Source: Octopus sinensis (Eukaryota). Taken from it: a DNA stretch of 64,000 nucleotides. The translations under genes and the position numbers were made by a program. The notes beneath the pieces are model-generated. The model ran no database searches and was not told the origin of the DNA. It was given only the letters and a program-made list of their open reading frames with translations. Of the stretch, positions 11,778 to 25,344 are shown piece after piece (position 1 is the first letter of the stretch; every line of letters begins with the position of its first letter). Location: positions 37,696,001 through 37,760,000 of the forward strand of contig NC_042998.1 of NCBI RefSeq assembly GCF_006345805.1, written 5' to 3'.

Positions 11778-13910
11778 ATTTCCTTATACATATCCACACA
11801 GACACTGATACATATACATACATATATATGTTATATATCTATTGTTGCTATTATGTTAAATTGTCGTATAGCCGGCGGTTGTTTTGGTCAAACTATTGTA
11901 TCTCCATCTGCTTCAGATGCGAAGATATCAAAAATTGTCAAAGTGTTGTAGAACGGTTTTACTATGAAAAGGTGAAACTAGTTTTTCGTTTTCTTGGAAA
12001 ACAATGTTTTGGACTTACGACACTTTTGCATATTAGCAACGATATATATATAAGTTTCCACACATAAATAAATCGTTCTATTTATAGGGGTTACGCTTGC
12101 GAGGTACGTGCCGTCATTTTCGTTAAACCTGACTGAACAAACCTATGACGAAAGGTTTTTCAGTTTCGACATTTTTTTTAATGCAGGCATAACAAAGTTG
12201 AGGTTACATTAAACAATGTATACTTTCTATTTTTAGTTACTATTGTGTGTTTGAGTGCTGATTTAACTGCTATTACGTGGAGACGCCTTTACGGACATGC
12301 ACGGTTAATCAAATAGAATAGAGGTAGGAGCATAACATTTTTAATATCTTCAGGTTACATTCTTCAACCGAGAGACTGAACTCACCTACAATATGAAAGC
12401 GGTAGTGATATATAGATTGTTACAAGTAATCTATTTTGAAACAGGATTTAGATAAGAAATATAATATTCCTAGAACCACCAAGGAAATCATTCGGCGATT
12501 CCGTTTACCAGGATTATTGTACTTCTGTATATAACTTTTCATTGTAGATATCGTTTTTGTTATTCTTAGAATATATTACACAATAACTTTGTTTTAAAGA
12601 TATCCATCAGTGATGAAATCAATGTGAGTCAACATCACTCGTGGTAGGCTAAGTAAAATGCGTAGTTTATGGATAACCAGAACCTACCGAATCCCTTGTA
12701 TACTTTGTTGGGTTTTTCCTAAAGTATCTATTGATAAGTGTCCCGAGAAATGAGTTAGTTAAGTGTTGTCACGCTCACAGCGCAGAGAGACTCCTATGTT
12801 GGCCATTCGATTCGGTCATCGCTTTCCCCCATAATTTACAGAATCTCATTGGCGGCAATTTTACCACGATTTCATTTAGAGCATATTATATAAAGTGTGG
12901 AGATCAGTAGATTTGAGGAGAGGGGGCATCGATTACATCACCCTCTAGTACTTGAATGGTACTTAATTTATCAGCCCTTAAGAATGAATGCCAACTTCGA
13001 CTAGGGCAGAATTTGAACTCAGAGCGTAGAGTAAGAATTCTGCTTGCTTACTCTAAATGAATAATGTTTTATAAAGTTTCTTTTAATACGAATTCGGAAA
13101 TACACCTCATCGTAAATATGGTACGCATCTAGAGAAAAGCATTTATTGATGTAGTAGTAGTAGTAGCAATACGCCCTTAAAAGTAATTCTGTGTAACATT
13201 TATTGATATATAAACTTCAATCAGCCATCATGACAGATGTGACAACTCTAAAACTACTATTGAAACTATGTCCATCATAAGTCAAACTAGGATCTGTTAT
13301 GTACAAAGTAGATTCAATAAATGAGATCACAGACTATGCTTGTCTCACAGCATAATTGATGACACAATTTCGATTTCTACATATCATCTGCGCTTCTCGA
13401 TCCATTCATTCATTCATTTTTATCGTTTTCTCCTTCCATTTTCTTATGTTTTATCCCTTCTTTCGTTCCATAAAAACATTGCGTGACTTGTAAAAATATC
13501 CCATTTCTCATTACTCTCTTCTGAAAAGTGGTAGATCAGAAATAGTCTAGGAGAACAATAGAGCTAAGGATATTAACTTATACGAAAATATACATGCGAT
13601 AATAGCTTATAAAAGATTTTCAATATTTTGACATTTTTTTCTACGCGTTTAATCAATAAAATAGAAACCCACAAATTGAATAATGTAATATATCTGTAGT
13701 TAATGCGTTATTTGATAATGTATCAATGAAATATTTATCAGCCGAATCAATCAACTATCGATGCTTGCCGGGATGCGTCAACGTCTAACTACTTGACCAT
13801 CTGTGTATGTACGTGTGGGTGTCTGTGTATGGCAGTATGTGCATACATTCTTATATATACATATATGTGTGCGTGCGTGCGTGGGTGGATGTATGTGTAT
13901 GTATATATGC

Positions 13911-13972
<62 letters not shown>

Positions 13973-15492
13973 GGCTGTGTGTATTTACAAGCCTAAACAC
14001 GCGTTGCTTTAAGAGCTGCCTACATACAACTGCGTAAACTATTTCCGGCGTATGTGTATATGTGAGAACGTGCATATACTTGTGAATGTGGATAATCAGT
14101 GAAATACACAAAGCCTGTATCCCGAGAGAGTGAGTAAAACAATATGCTCTCATGGAAAATTTCACAAGGGAAGGAAGTGGTGATATACACATGTGCGCGT
14201 GCACAAACACACGCTGGCACGCACATACAGGTATGTCGATGCATGCACTCATGTACATACACTTACATATGTGTGTGTGTGCACATGTGTACGCGTAGTT
14301 ACTCACACATGGACACCAACGTACGTTTTAACACACAGGTACATACACACAGAGAGAAAAAAAAACGTGCGGGAAATTAATTCCTGAAGGAAAACACGAA
14401 GAATTGTAAAAAGCGAAAAAGAATTGGAAAAGAATAGAAAGAGAATATGAAGTCGAAAAGCTCATAAATCAGCTTTTAACGATGAATAAAAGACAGCTTC
14501 ATGCGCTCTGACTGACTTTGTTGGGTTGGGGAGGAAGGGTCTGTGTGATCAGTCGATAACAGTAGTTAAATAACCCTCAAATCACACCCAGCAATCTTAA
14601 ACATTAGAACAGTGCATTGATCAAATCTGGTCATTGATACAAAAATACGACTTGCGCGATGTCGGATCTGTTATTGTTACAATGCCACAGGTCAACGCGG
14701 TCAGAGCTGACGTGAGACAAAAAGAGAAAAATAAAATAAAAGATATGGGACATGTTTCTGTGAAGAAAACTGTACGTCAATTCTAATTGAGGATTTATAT
14801 TTTCTGTAGCAAATTAATGCTGTAGATCAAATAGATCAGCTTAACCCTACAACCATTTGTTTCCAACAAGATCAATAGTTCAACCCAGAGAAGTAGATTG
14901 TAGTTTTTTGTTTTGTTTTTTGGGTAGGGTGGGGTATCCTGCAGCCTATGTCGGAAATATTATCTTATTAGTTATTCGTTCCCGTCGGATGCCACCTGCG
15001 CGTCCCATTAAAACTTCAGTATATATAGACTTATTGCACCCCGGGCTTGAACTCGTTTCCAATAATTGTTAACACTTAAAATTACTATATACTAAAAATA
15101 CTATGTACTGCTGTCCCATAGGTCAATTAAGAGTTTTAAGCCTCAAATCATACAGTGTTTTCCTAAGCTAGCCCAAAATGAAGAATGCATCAGAGCTGTA
15201 CATATGCAGGGAATCTTTCATTCTTCAGACGTTCCAGCCGTATTCCTTTATATTTTCTTACCTTTGTTCTACAACCATTGATGATTCAGGAATGATCAAA
15301 CAAGACTAATCTCTCGAAGTTCAAACGGCTTTGCATAATCTCCTTTACTTTCTTTATCTGATTGTTTTCGAGTGTGAGCAATATTGATGGCTATATTAAA
15401 TTCTCATGATCGAGTGCTGAGTCTACTTGTTCTTAGTGATGGCCTCGTACCTAACGATAGTTTTAACCCATGGCTAAGTATTTTCTTTGCAG

Positions 15493-15593
15493 ATCAGACA
15501 TTATTTCCACCGGGTGTTACTGCTTCGTTCCCCACACAAATGTAACGCGAACCGATCTTTCCATTGCTCTTCGTGTTCTTATAAAATTAGCAG
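15493..15593 (+). other. Candidate 101-nt exon, product unknown
   Basis: Acceptor tattttctttgcAG and donor cag|GTATGT in unique sequence; no recognisable domain. Confidence 0.3.
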
Positions 15594-17153
15594 GTATGTT
15601 GATAGTTAATCTGAGTGGAATTATCCCCACATCGCTCCTTCTGCAGAGGATTGCAGTGTGGTTTTATAGGGGTACCAGTTTGAATATAAAGTTAAATTTC
15701 AGATCATGAGAGCGTGACACATATTTAAGCTTATAAATGTTCATATTTAATATTATAGTACTTTGCTTGATTAAATGGAATTTATTAGAATTTAAAGCTA
15801 TACTGCTTTTGAATTCTAGTATTTGCTAGCTTTCCACATTGGAATTGAATGTCCATTATCTATAGTACATATTTATTTGTGCGTCTATATTTTACTTGAC
15901 CACATAGCAATAATAAATGGTATGAGCCAATGCAGATGTCTCACTGTAGTTGCTATTCTTGCTAGTTCTTACACATTTCCTAGTCAGATGAGAAACACAC
16001 ACACTAACATACATTGGAAAACATTGTTGTCATCAGTGAAAAATGAGAAAGGTCATGGTTGAAGTAATTTTGATTAATAGTTCTCTTTCAATAAGCACTG
16101 AACTGGATCTAAACAACAATAGCTTAATCGCTCGTCAATGTATGTAAATAGAACCATACGAAGTGAAACGAACCACATGCTTCGAGTCTTAATCAAATAG
16201 TTTATCTTGCCTTCTATATAAAACGCCTCCTCTTTCAACATGGTATCGGCAAAAGGTAAAAATTATCTAGGATTCTTGCTTGCAATATATAAAATGGAGT
16301 TTCAACAAGTAATAGTCTGTCACTACACTATTGCCCTTCCTTCTCATGCAGATCTTACAAACGAACGTTTCCGGTTTCGACCTCATTTCATACCACTGAG
16401 CTGAACTGCAATCAGACCACAATATAATATATATTGTGCTACAAGCACAAGTGTTCATAAAGTTCAATTTTTGAAAGTAAATAGGATGAGATAGATCAGA
16501 ATTAGAAGAGAAACACAATCTTGAATCGCACCATCGTGCTCTGTATTCTGGTGAATTTCGATAGTGAAAATAGTGTAATGTCCTTTGTCCTTATTCTGCA
16601 TCAAACATCTGTCACGTAGAAGTTCTCGTGCAGGAATTTGGACAGTCCTGATTAAACGAATGTCGCTCATACATATTCATCGATATTGATCTAAGTCGTG
16701 TACTGATAGTTCTTTCAGTATTAGATCAAATAACGCGCGAGATCAAATTTGCCTGTCATGACTTATACGTCGAATTTTAAAGGACAACAATGTGAGTGTA
16801 TGGAACAAAGTACCTGGCTGTATCTGTTTCGGCTCTTTGCGCTCTGCTAGCAACGCCAACAGAGAGACTGGTTCCCCGTTGCATCGTCGTTTGGATAACA
16901 TAGCCACAGCAGACGTTTAGACTTACATGCAGGGAAGACAGCAAGTATTTCACAATATAAACATCGTCTGAGCCTGCATAGAGATTGTGTATTTAGGCTT
17001 ATCAATATCGAATATAGAGTATAAGCTAGAATCTAAATATCTGTGTGCATATATATATATAACATGTAGTTTTGTTAAATCAATGTGTTGTATAACTTTA
17101 GGGATCTGCTCCGGTCTTACACAACAGATCTTTCTCTCTCTCCCTCTCTCTCA

Positions 17154-17211
<58 letters not shown>

Positions 17212-18029
17212 TCTTGAACAATAAATCTAGACGTGCGGCCAGTTGCAGTAGAATTAATTAATAAACTACAACAAGCGAACCAAATCCACATCTGAAATAG
17301 GTCATTGGAGGCTTAAATTATCAATCAATAAGCGTGGGAAAACACAAATGTTGTGTGACAGATATTCGAAACAGGTGTGTGTGTATATATTTTTATGCGT
17401 AAGTGTGCTTGAGTGTGTCCGCGCACATGTGTGAGTGTGGCTGTGAGTGTGCACCACGTGTGTGTATGTAGGTGTGGGAAAACGTAATATGAACAAATTG
17501 ATAAGCAGAGAAATAAGCAAAGATAATGTGTATTATCACATAAGAACAATGCGTAAGTGGAGCCTTCATTAGGAGACGTAGACTATGAAATCTATACGAG
17601 AATATATAAATGCATGAACACAGCCATTGCACACACACATACACACAAACATGCGCCCACGCAGACACATATAATAGTAGACGAGTGAAGGAGAGAGAGT
17701 TAAGATAGATAGATAGATAAACAGACAGACAGATAGACGGACTTTGGTTGATGCACTCTTATATGTGTAGTGTTTGTGAGGTGTAAATGTACTCATAAAT
17801 ATATTCATGAATATTGAATAAGAAAAATATTGCTCTCGAGTGAAAGTTTTCACAATACAAGTCTTTTACACATTTCCCCTGCGTAGGAAGAGGTCGATTT
17901 TTCTGTTGATAGGCGCATTGCATAAACGACATGAAACATGAGCGTGTATGTGCATATGAGCGATTGCAAATGTGCATGCGCTTACGTAAATATAAATACA
18001 CACACACACAGTATACATATATGTGTGTG

Positions 18030-18063
<34 letters not shown>

Positions 18064-18860
18064 TGGTGGGTGTGAAAGATACATACGCGCGAGTACAAAA
18101 TTATTTTGTTCGATTGCTATATTTTAATCAATAAATATTTTATTCTTTTGCAGGTGTTATATATAATACATAAGAAATTGGTTATGTCGGTGCTCCATGA
18201 GAAGGATCGATCGTGTTTCAAGTATCGATATTTCGTCAGAGGAGACATTCATCTTAGACTCATTCACGTCACTTTTATAATCGAAGAAAACTTTCTTCTA
18301 ATTTTCAGTCGATGTTTTTCACATTCCCCATAAGAATTGTTTTAATCAGTGGAAAGCTTGATGGAACTGTGGAAATGGCACAATACCGACTAAATACGTT
18401 GATCACTCGGCAGCAGAAATTCCCGACCAATTCAAATAAATCTTGTAAATAGTTTGATTTGATAGCAGGAATAGCAAGAATCTATGCACAATTTTTCGTC
18501 TGGTACCAGTGAAATGTATTATTATTTTATTTTGCCGAGGTCAACTAATATGAGGTCAATAAAATAGAGTACCAGCCAAATTTGAGCCTGTGTACTGTAA
18601 CTCTCTCTCCAACTCTCTACCTAGAATTGCTGGCCTTGTGCCAAAATTTGAAACAATATTTGAAATATAGTAATAACAGCAGCAGCAACGGCAGCAGTTT
18701 TATAGTTTAACATATAGGGAGTGTTTTTTGTTGTTTTTCCTTAGGCGACTTGATTTCTGCGGCTAGATACCGTTCGCAACGCCAAATACTTTACAGAATA
18801 TACTGGGTGCTTTTTGTGGTGGGGGGTTGCGTGCGTGAGTGTGTGGTCAGAAGTGAATGT

Positions 18861-19095
18861 GAGTGAATTTGGTTGACGGAAACTGATAGAAGCCCGTCGT
18901 ATGTATGTGTATGTCTGTGTATCTATGTATGTGTCTTTGTGTCTATGTTTGTCTCCCCATCCACGCTTGACAACCGATGTTGGTGTGTTTACGTTCCCGT
19001 AACTTAGCGATAGAATAATTATTAGGCTTTAGAAAAAGTCCTGGGATCCATTTGTTTGATTAAAAAAACCCTTCAAGCAGATGACTGAAATAAAT
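18861..19095 (+). mobile_element. SINE-C 3' part
   Basis: gacggaaactgatagaagcccgtcgt...cgcttgacaaccgatgttggtgtgtttacg. Confidence 0.75.
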
Positions 19096-19187
19096 ATATA
19101 TATATATATATATATGGAGAGAGACAGAGAAGGAGATAAAAAGAGAGAAAATGGAACGCTTCTGACAATGCGGGAGGTTTGATAAAA

Positions 19188-19225
19188 CCTTTATATTTCA
19201 GGCACAAAGGCCCATCTTCAGAAGA
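19188..19225 (-). ncRNA. Minimal type-I hammerhead ribozyme motif (family D)
   Basis: UCUU-CUGAAGA-U-GGGC-CUUUGU-GCCU-GAA-AUAU-A-AAGG: canonical core, stem I 4 bp, palindromic helix III. Confidence 0.6.
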
Positions 19226-20852
19226 AAAGAGCAGTCTAAGAAAATTTCAGTTATGTGGGTTCCGTTAACCCATTCAAATTCCCTAGCGTTGCGTTATAGC
19301 GGCAGTCGCCCTCTAAAAGTAGGTGGAATCGACTACACCTACGTTGGGAGGGCAACTGTAAAGTACAGAGGCAATAGGCCATATGTGTGAGTTTTAGCGG
19401 GGATCTCTTCTTGAGTAAGTGGATATTCAAATGCGCATAGGCTAAGAGACTGGTATCCATATAGAACAGTGTAGTATATGCAGAGACAGCCATGTATGTA
19501 CGCGTAGGCACAAGAATATGCAAGTAAAATCATGAATGCCAAACGAAATCAGTTAGGTAGGAGTGAACAGCTACTTATTTATATACTAATAAACAAAATG
19601 GTATCAACAAATAAATACATAAAGATACATTAGATTATACGCAAATGTAGACACGTTTCCACATTGCGCTTGTTAGGCAGTGTGCATCATAAGAGTAATG
19701 GGGTTTTGCGTAATGTCGTGAGTGTTTGTGTGCATAAAGATATATCGCTTAAGAGAAAAAGCAATGGCTGTTTGTGGAGATTTACATTTAAAATGTTTTG
19801 CTTGCTAAAGCGGATAGCTTGTTTCGCTGCATTGATATGTTTAAAATGTTCCAAGCAATGGGTCTAGTTTTGGGAGTCTTTTATGTTCTAGATTTTGTTG
19901 ACTTATCCTCTCTACTGATTTAACGCGATGTTTGAACTCATTCGAAATTTGATTGATTGATTATTAGATGATACCGTAGTGACGTTAGCAGCATACATTA
20001 TATGAGATAGGAGATTTTTTTTTGTGATATGGCAGCGAAGAGTGTTCCTAGAGTCGCAAGATACAGGCTGGGAATTTTAGGTGGGTGTATTATTTTGATT
20101 TCGCGTATGTTTGTGTGAGTGTGTGACAGATTTACGATAGGGAGCGGGCGAAAATAGAAGCTGTGAAGCGAGTGACTTCGATAAGAGATACTGTAGAAAT
20201 ATTGTGGTATTAATATATTACGTTTAATATTTCTGAATGTTCGGCGACATATTTCAGGTTGTACGACGGGTAATACTATAACATCTTTCTAAAGATGTCC
20301 TATTCTCTTATATATTTCATCAGTTCTTTAAAATTGCTTAATATAGGGGTACTGTTGTATGTATAAGCGTTTATATGTAAACACGTTTCATTATTTGGCA
20401 AGTCGGAGAATCTGAGAGAGAAAAAAGACAAGCGTTAGGTACAGAGAGAGAGAGAAATGAAGTGATGGATTTCTAGAGTCCTTTTATGATGAAGCAACTA
20501 GTAGAAATATTGGAATATGTCTAGCGTTCTCTCTTTAGGTTATTCTCTGTGCCGTTTGTATGGAGAATCGGACTCTGGTTTACGCAAGCTGTTAGCAATA
20601 GCAATTAAATGCACAGAATTCAACAACATATAAGTTGCATGGACATGCTCTTATTTTAAAGAGAATTGTTTTTGCAAACATCAAATACAAAGGTTTTAAT
20701 TGCTAGATGTCTAAAATTCTCTGAGCAGTCTTAATAGGAATGAGGTCACTATTTTTTTAAATTATAGGAAAACAGCCAATGAAAATAAAATAGTTTGCTT
20801 CATTTAAAAATCATTGGTGCCATAGTTGTAAAAAATAGACATATTGAAATGA

Positions 20853-20883
<31 letters not shown>

Positions 20884-20949
20884 ACTTAGAAGCAGTCTTC
20901 AGCAGCATTACAATCTTCGAAACTTTAGAATTTGTTAAGATGTTTGAAT

Positions 20950-21330
20950 TTTGAGAAGTCTGCATTGCTCTCAGCATCTTCATCGCACTAGTCAGCTTTA
21001 GTGTTATCCAAATTGCTATTTATGCCAAATTTCTTGAAGGTTTTTGTGACAACTTCCCGCTTCCCAAAATTTCTTTATTCAAAGATATGTGCAAAACGAA
21101 GAATTTCATCCGGTAAAATGGGGCCAATTCTTGCTCATTTACTTTTTCGAATCATCCGCGTACAATTTTTCTTTGCTCCGAAAATATCCGTCGTTATTGT
21201 TAAAGCTACCACAGTTTTTCCTTTAATTCTGACTACGATTTCCTTTCGAAAATCAATTTTTGTTCTTTACAGAGTAATGATTATTTTTTTTCTTCATCTC
21301 TTCTTATTCGAAGGGCACATCTGTAGGAAT
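20950..21330 (-). mobile_element. Possible pogo/Tigger-like transposase remnant
   Basis: Minus-strand peptide EVVTKTFKKFGINSNLDNTKAD resembles the DDE_1 C-terminus; many stops. Confidence 0.3.
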
Positions 21331-21940
21331 GGGGTACAAAATATCTGGCAGCTGTTCAATTGCCGTGCAATTTAGTGAATTCAGTAACCAATAAGCTCTC
21401 GAATTATATAATAGCCAATGCTGCTTCGATTCCATAAATTGCTATTTTAGTGGAGGAGAAAGAGCAATGTGAAAAAGAGAAGGGGACAAATGTGAAAGCA
21501 GAGGTCGATTCTGAGTGAGGCACATATTTGTAAACCAGTGCAGTTACAAAATACTTGAATAATCCCTGCTAATATGCAAGCTGAGAAGATAAATTTCTTG
21601 CAAAATTGGATGAGATTATATTGTAAATAGAAGAGAATAAACAATATTTATTCACACCCACCCACACTTCCACATAGCACACGCACATACTCATATATGT
21701 ATGTGTGTATACACACACTCATATATGTATGTATGTATGTATACACACACTCATATATGTTTGTATGTATGTATGTATGTATGTATATAGTTGCATTATA
21801 TTCCGTTAGGAATGGGGTAGTGTACACTATAAAGCTGATCCATCTTCAGATTTACCGAGTACTATCGGTATGATTATTATTATTATTATTATCATTATTA
21901 TTATATACTTCTAAGTTTAGATTTATCGTATGTGAATATG

Positions 21941-22344
21941 AAATTGAAGAAACTGGAGTGAAGAAGAAGGAATACGATTGGACATTTATTTATTAATTGC
22001 TACAATTGTTTCAACACAACGTAATTCTCCAAGAATACAAGTATTTCATTATTCAACTGTTTGCATAATGAGATCCAATTATTTTCCTCGGGCGATATAC
22101 GAGTGTTGTCACCGTTAGTTTAAAATTTTCGACTTCAAAGCCATCTCTGTTCATCGCGGTTTAAACAGAGACAGCACTCGTATACAGCCTGAGGAAACAC
22201 AACTGGATCTCATTATGCAAACAAACAGTTGCATAATCAAATGCCAGTATTCTTGGAGTACTACGTTGTGTCGAAACAACTGTAGCGACTAATAAATAAA
22301 TCTCCAACCATACTCCTTCTCCTTGACTCTAATTTCTTCAATTT
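21941..22344. repeat. Fold-back element, ~185-bp imperfect inverted arms with ~36-nt spacer
   Basis: 21941-22123 aligns by eye to the reverse complement of 22160-22344 at roughly 80% identity. Confidence 0.9.
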
Positions 22345-22471
22345 TATATATATATTTATATGTATATATCAAATCGCTATCTGTGTATCAAGCCAAATGT
22401 ATACATCCCGTTTTAGTTTGCGAGAATCATCATTTCATAAAGATATTGCGTTAAAAAACACACCGAATATC

Positions 22472-22700
22472 TGTTTCTTTATTACCCACAGGGGGCTAAA
22501 CATAGAGGGGACAAACAAGGACAGACAAACGGATTAAGTCGATTACATCGACCCCAGTGTGTAACTGGTACTTAATTTATCAACCCCGAAAGGATGAAAG
22601 GCAAAGTCGACCTCGACGGAATTTGAACTCAGAACGTAACGGCAGACGAAATACGGCTACGCATTTCGCCCGGCGTGCTAACGGTTCTGCCAGCTCGCCG
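22472..22700 (-). mobile_element. SINE-M, full length with 9-bp TSD
   Basis: ccgaatatc at 22463-22471 and 22698-22706. Confidence 0.92.
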
Positions 22701-23548
22701 AATATCGAAACGTCGCAAACACCTCGGCAGGAGAGACTCTCAAGTACGACACACGCATTTTAGCCTTCATTTTTGCTCGTCGATGTCGTGCACCCATTCA
22801 TTGCTTGCTCAAGCAAAATCCGAACTGCGATACATTGGAAACTGAAAAAGAATACTTCAACTAATATTGGGGAAAGCTTGCCGTGTTGTAAAAAAAAATC
22901 GGCAAACACAACAAGAAAGACTGTTAGATTAAAACCGACAACTGTATATTATATTAAATGTTTTCTATAAAATATAGAGCCAGCACTGAGAGTTACCACG
23001 TCGTGTATACGAACACGAATATGTAAACTATGCGATCGAAGCTAGAAAAATAGTTAATCGGTGCCTGTGTGTATTTCAGGAGGCATTGCCCCTTCTTCAA
23101 TTCTTCAAATATACATATACACCCATTACCTATATTCCCATATTCGATCGCATTGTTCACATAGACGCATTCGAAACGGTGGAACTTTCTAGCTCTAAAA
23201 TCTGTAGATAAACTTGATATAAAAACACGCACAGCTACCAGAAAAGTAGGACAGAGTAATGAGTTATAAACCTTTAAATAACTTGGTTGTAGGTTAGGGC
23301 TGTAAAACGAAATATCGTTTCTCTACCAGCAATTAACTTATTAAATGTTTATGCTTCTCTGAAAGGCGTGACTATAGCCAAGCATGATTATCTCAGGGAA
23401 AAATCTGAAATGCACATAAATACACAAGGGCAAGTCTATAAATTCTATATATACGCATCTATATGCGCATATGGAAGTGGGAAGTTTCATAGGAATTTAC
23501 GTATTTTCTTAAACGTCAACATCTTCAAAAAGAATCTTAATATAAGTA

Positions 23549-23998
23549 GGAGGCGTGGGCGTCGCTTATGGTAAGACGTTTGCTTCCGAGTCACATGGTT
23601 TCGGTTTCTGGACCGCTGCGTGGCACTTTGGGCAAGTGTCTTCTGGTTGACCAAAACCTCGGGTTGACTAAAGCCTTGTTAGTGAATTTGGTAGACAGAA
23701 ACTTAAAGAAGGCCATCGTGTTTTTGTATGTGTGTATGTGTGTTTGCGTGTGTGTGGTTGTGTGTTTGCGCGTGTGTGGTTGTGTTTTTTTCTGCCACCA
23801 CTGCTTGGCAACCGCTTTTGGTGTTTACGTCCCCATTACTTAGCGGTTCGGGAAAAGAAAACTATAGAATATCTACCAGGATTAAAACTATCTTCGTGAT
23901 CGATTCGTTAGATTAATATTCTCCAACGCAGTACCCAACCATCGCCACAATCAACAGAACTGAAATAAGAGAACGAAAGAATAAGAGAATAAAAGAAT
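23549..23998 (+). mobile_element. SINE-C, full length, diverged
   Basis: Head, gtggcactttgggcaagtg core, internal (TG)n and (agaata)n tail. Confidence 0.8.
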
Positions 23999-25004
23999 AC
24001 CGCCGCTGTATGTGCATATTGCATCACGTTTCAGCATTAATGACATTCTCAACTATGAAGTAGAATGCCACTCGGCAATGAAGATTCACTGAAAGTAGTA
24101 TTCTGTTTTGAATAGAGACAAATGCTTCGCCTCAAGAAGTATTAAACACAAACTTTTGCTGTTTCACGTAATTCTTAAGGGGTTTCGAAGCAATGTCAGT
24201 TGAAACTATGTCACTGTCCTATTATTTCTCATCTTTCACACTTGTGACTAAATACTGAGATCATTTACAGAAGACACGACTTTATGAGAGGAACTTGTTC
24301 TCGCCACTTCGTTCGAAAGCAAATCTCACAGGAAATTATACTAAATACAGAAAGAAACTTATTCTGGCGTTTTTCCATTTCTGATCCACAACAGCCTTTT
24401 ACAGTAAAAACAAACATCCCTAGAAGCGTCTATATTTTTCTTAATTACACGAACATTCACCGTGTCAAACATATAAGTGATATTGAGAAGCTGAAACTGT
24501 TGGAAAATATAAAATAAATGCAAATAAGTGTATCTGCACGTGAGCATTATAATTCGAAAAACGCATTTCTGTCTTCGGGGAGAATTTCATAAGATTCAAT
24601 ATAGATAGATTGCTATTGAGGAAGTATATAAGAACGAAAGCAAAAAAAAAAAAAAAAAAAAATCAAGTAGGAAACATAAATCAATAAGTGAATAAGGATT
24701 TAACAGGCTTGTAATTGAAGTAAACTAATCGGCGCTTAAGGTGACTTATCGAGTTAAATGAGCAAATAACGAGGAAATACAATTCTAACACAATTACAAA
24801 CGGCAAACTCTGTTTCGGTGTCCATATCTGTAAGTGGTTTTATCCCTGTGCATAATACTACGTTGTATAAGCCTGTGTGTCGGCGTGGGGGTTCGTTTTT
24901 TTAAATATTAGTAAACAATTATTCAAAGCGCTTTTCATTTACCTTTGCGCTAAAAGGCAAAAAGTTAATACACACACGAATGTATATTTATGTATGTTTA
25001 CATG

Positions 25005-25060
<56 letters not shown>

Positions 25061-25119
25061 AAAACGGTAAGATAACAAAAGAAAGAAAGAGACCTCAATA
25101 TTATGTAAATAGAGGAACT

Positions 25120-25327
25120 TGTAAAATAATATGTGACACTTATTCAGTAGCCAAGGTAAAACTCTGAGTTTCGGATGCCGAGGTGGAAATCCACACCACC
25201 ATCTCTTCGGTTATCTGGCCATTTGAAACCAGATAACCGAAGGGATGGTTGTGTGGATTTCCACCTCGGCATCCGAAACTCAGAGTTTTATCTTGGCTAC
25301 TGAATAATTTTCACATATTATTTTACA
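25120..25327. repeat. Near-perfect 99-bp-arm hairpin, 10-nt loop
   Basis: Arms 25120-25218 and 25229-25327 differ at 5 positions; (TA)n tracts on both sides. Confidence 0.95.
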
Positions 25328-25344
25328 TATATATATATATATAT

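Noticed and set aside
14921-14935. G-rich gggtagggtgggg
   Set aside because: Only three G-tracts; not an intramolecular G4
16267-16518. PHD-finger-like ORF (WYEMRSKPETFVCKIC)
   Set aside because: Lacks the His and Cys ligand spacing of a PHD finger; no clear splice context on that strand
18205-18242. Hammerhead-like CUGACGA...GAAAC on the minus strand
   Set aside because: Stem I and helix III cannot form; at best a dead relic
21001-21375. 124-aa hydrophobic ORF as a membrane protein
   Set aside because: It is the antisense reading of an A-rich transposon-like remnant; F/L/I bias expected from T-rich DNA
22420-22725. Possible hammerhead (gatattgcg/cgaatatc-GAAACGUC) split by the SINE-M insertion
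   Set aside because: The CUGANGA half of the core is absent after removing the SINE
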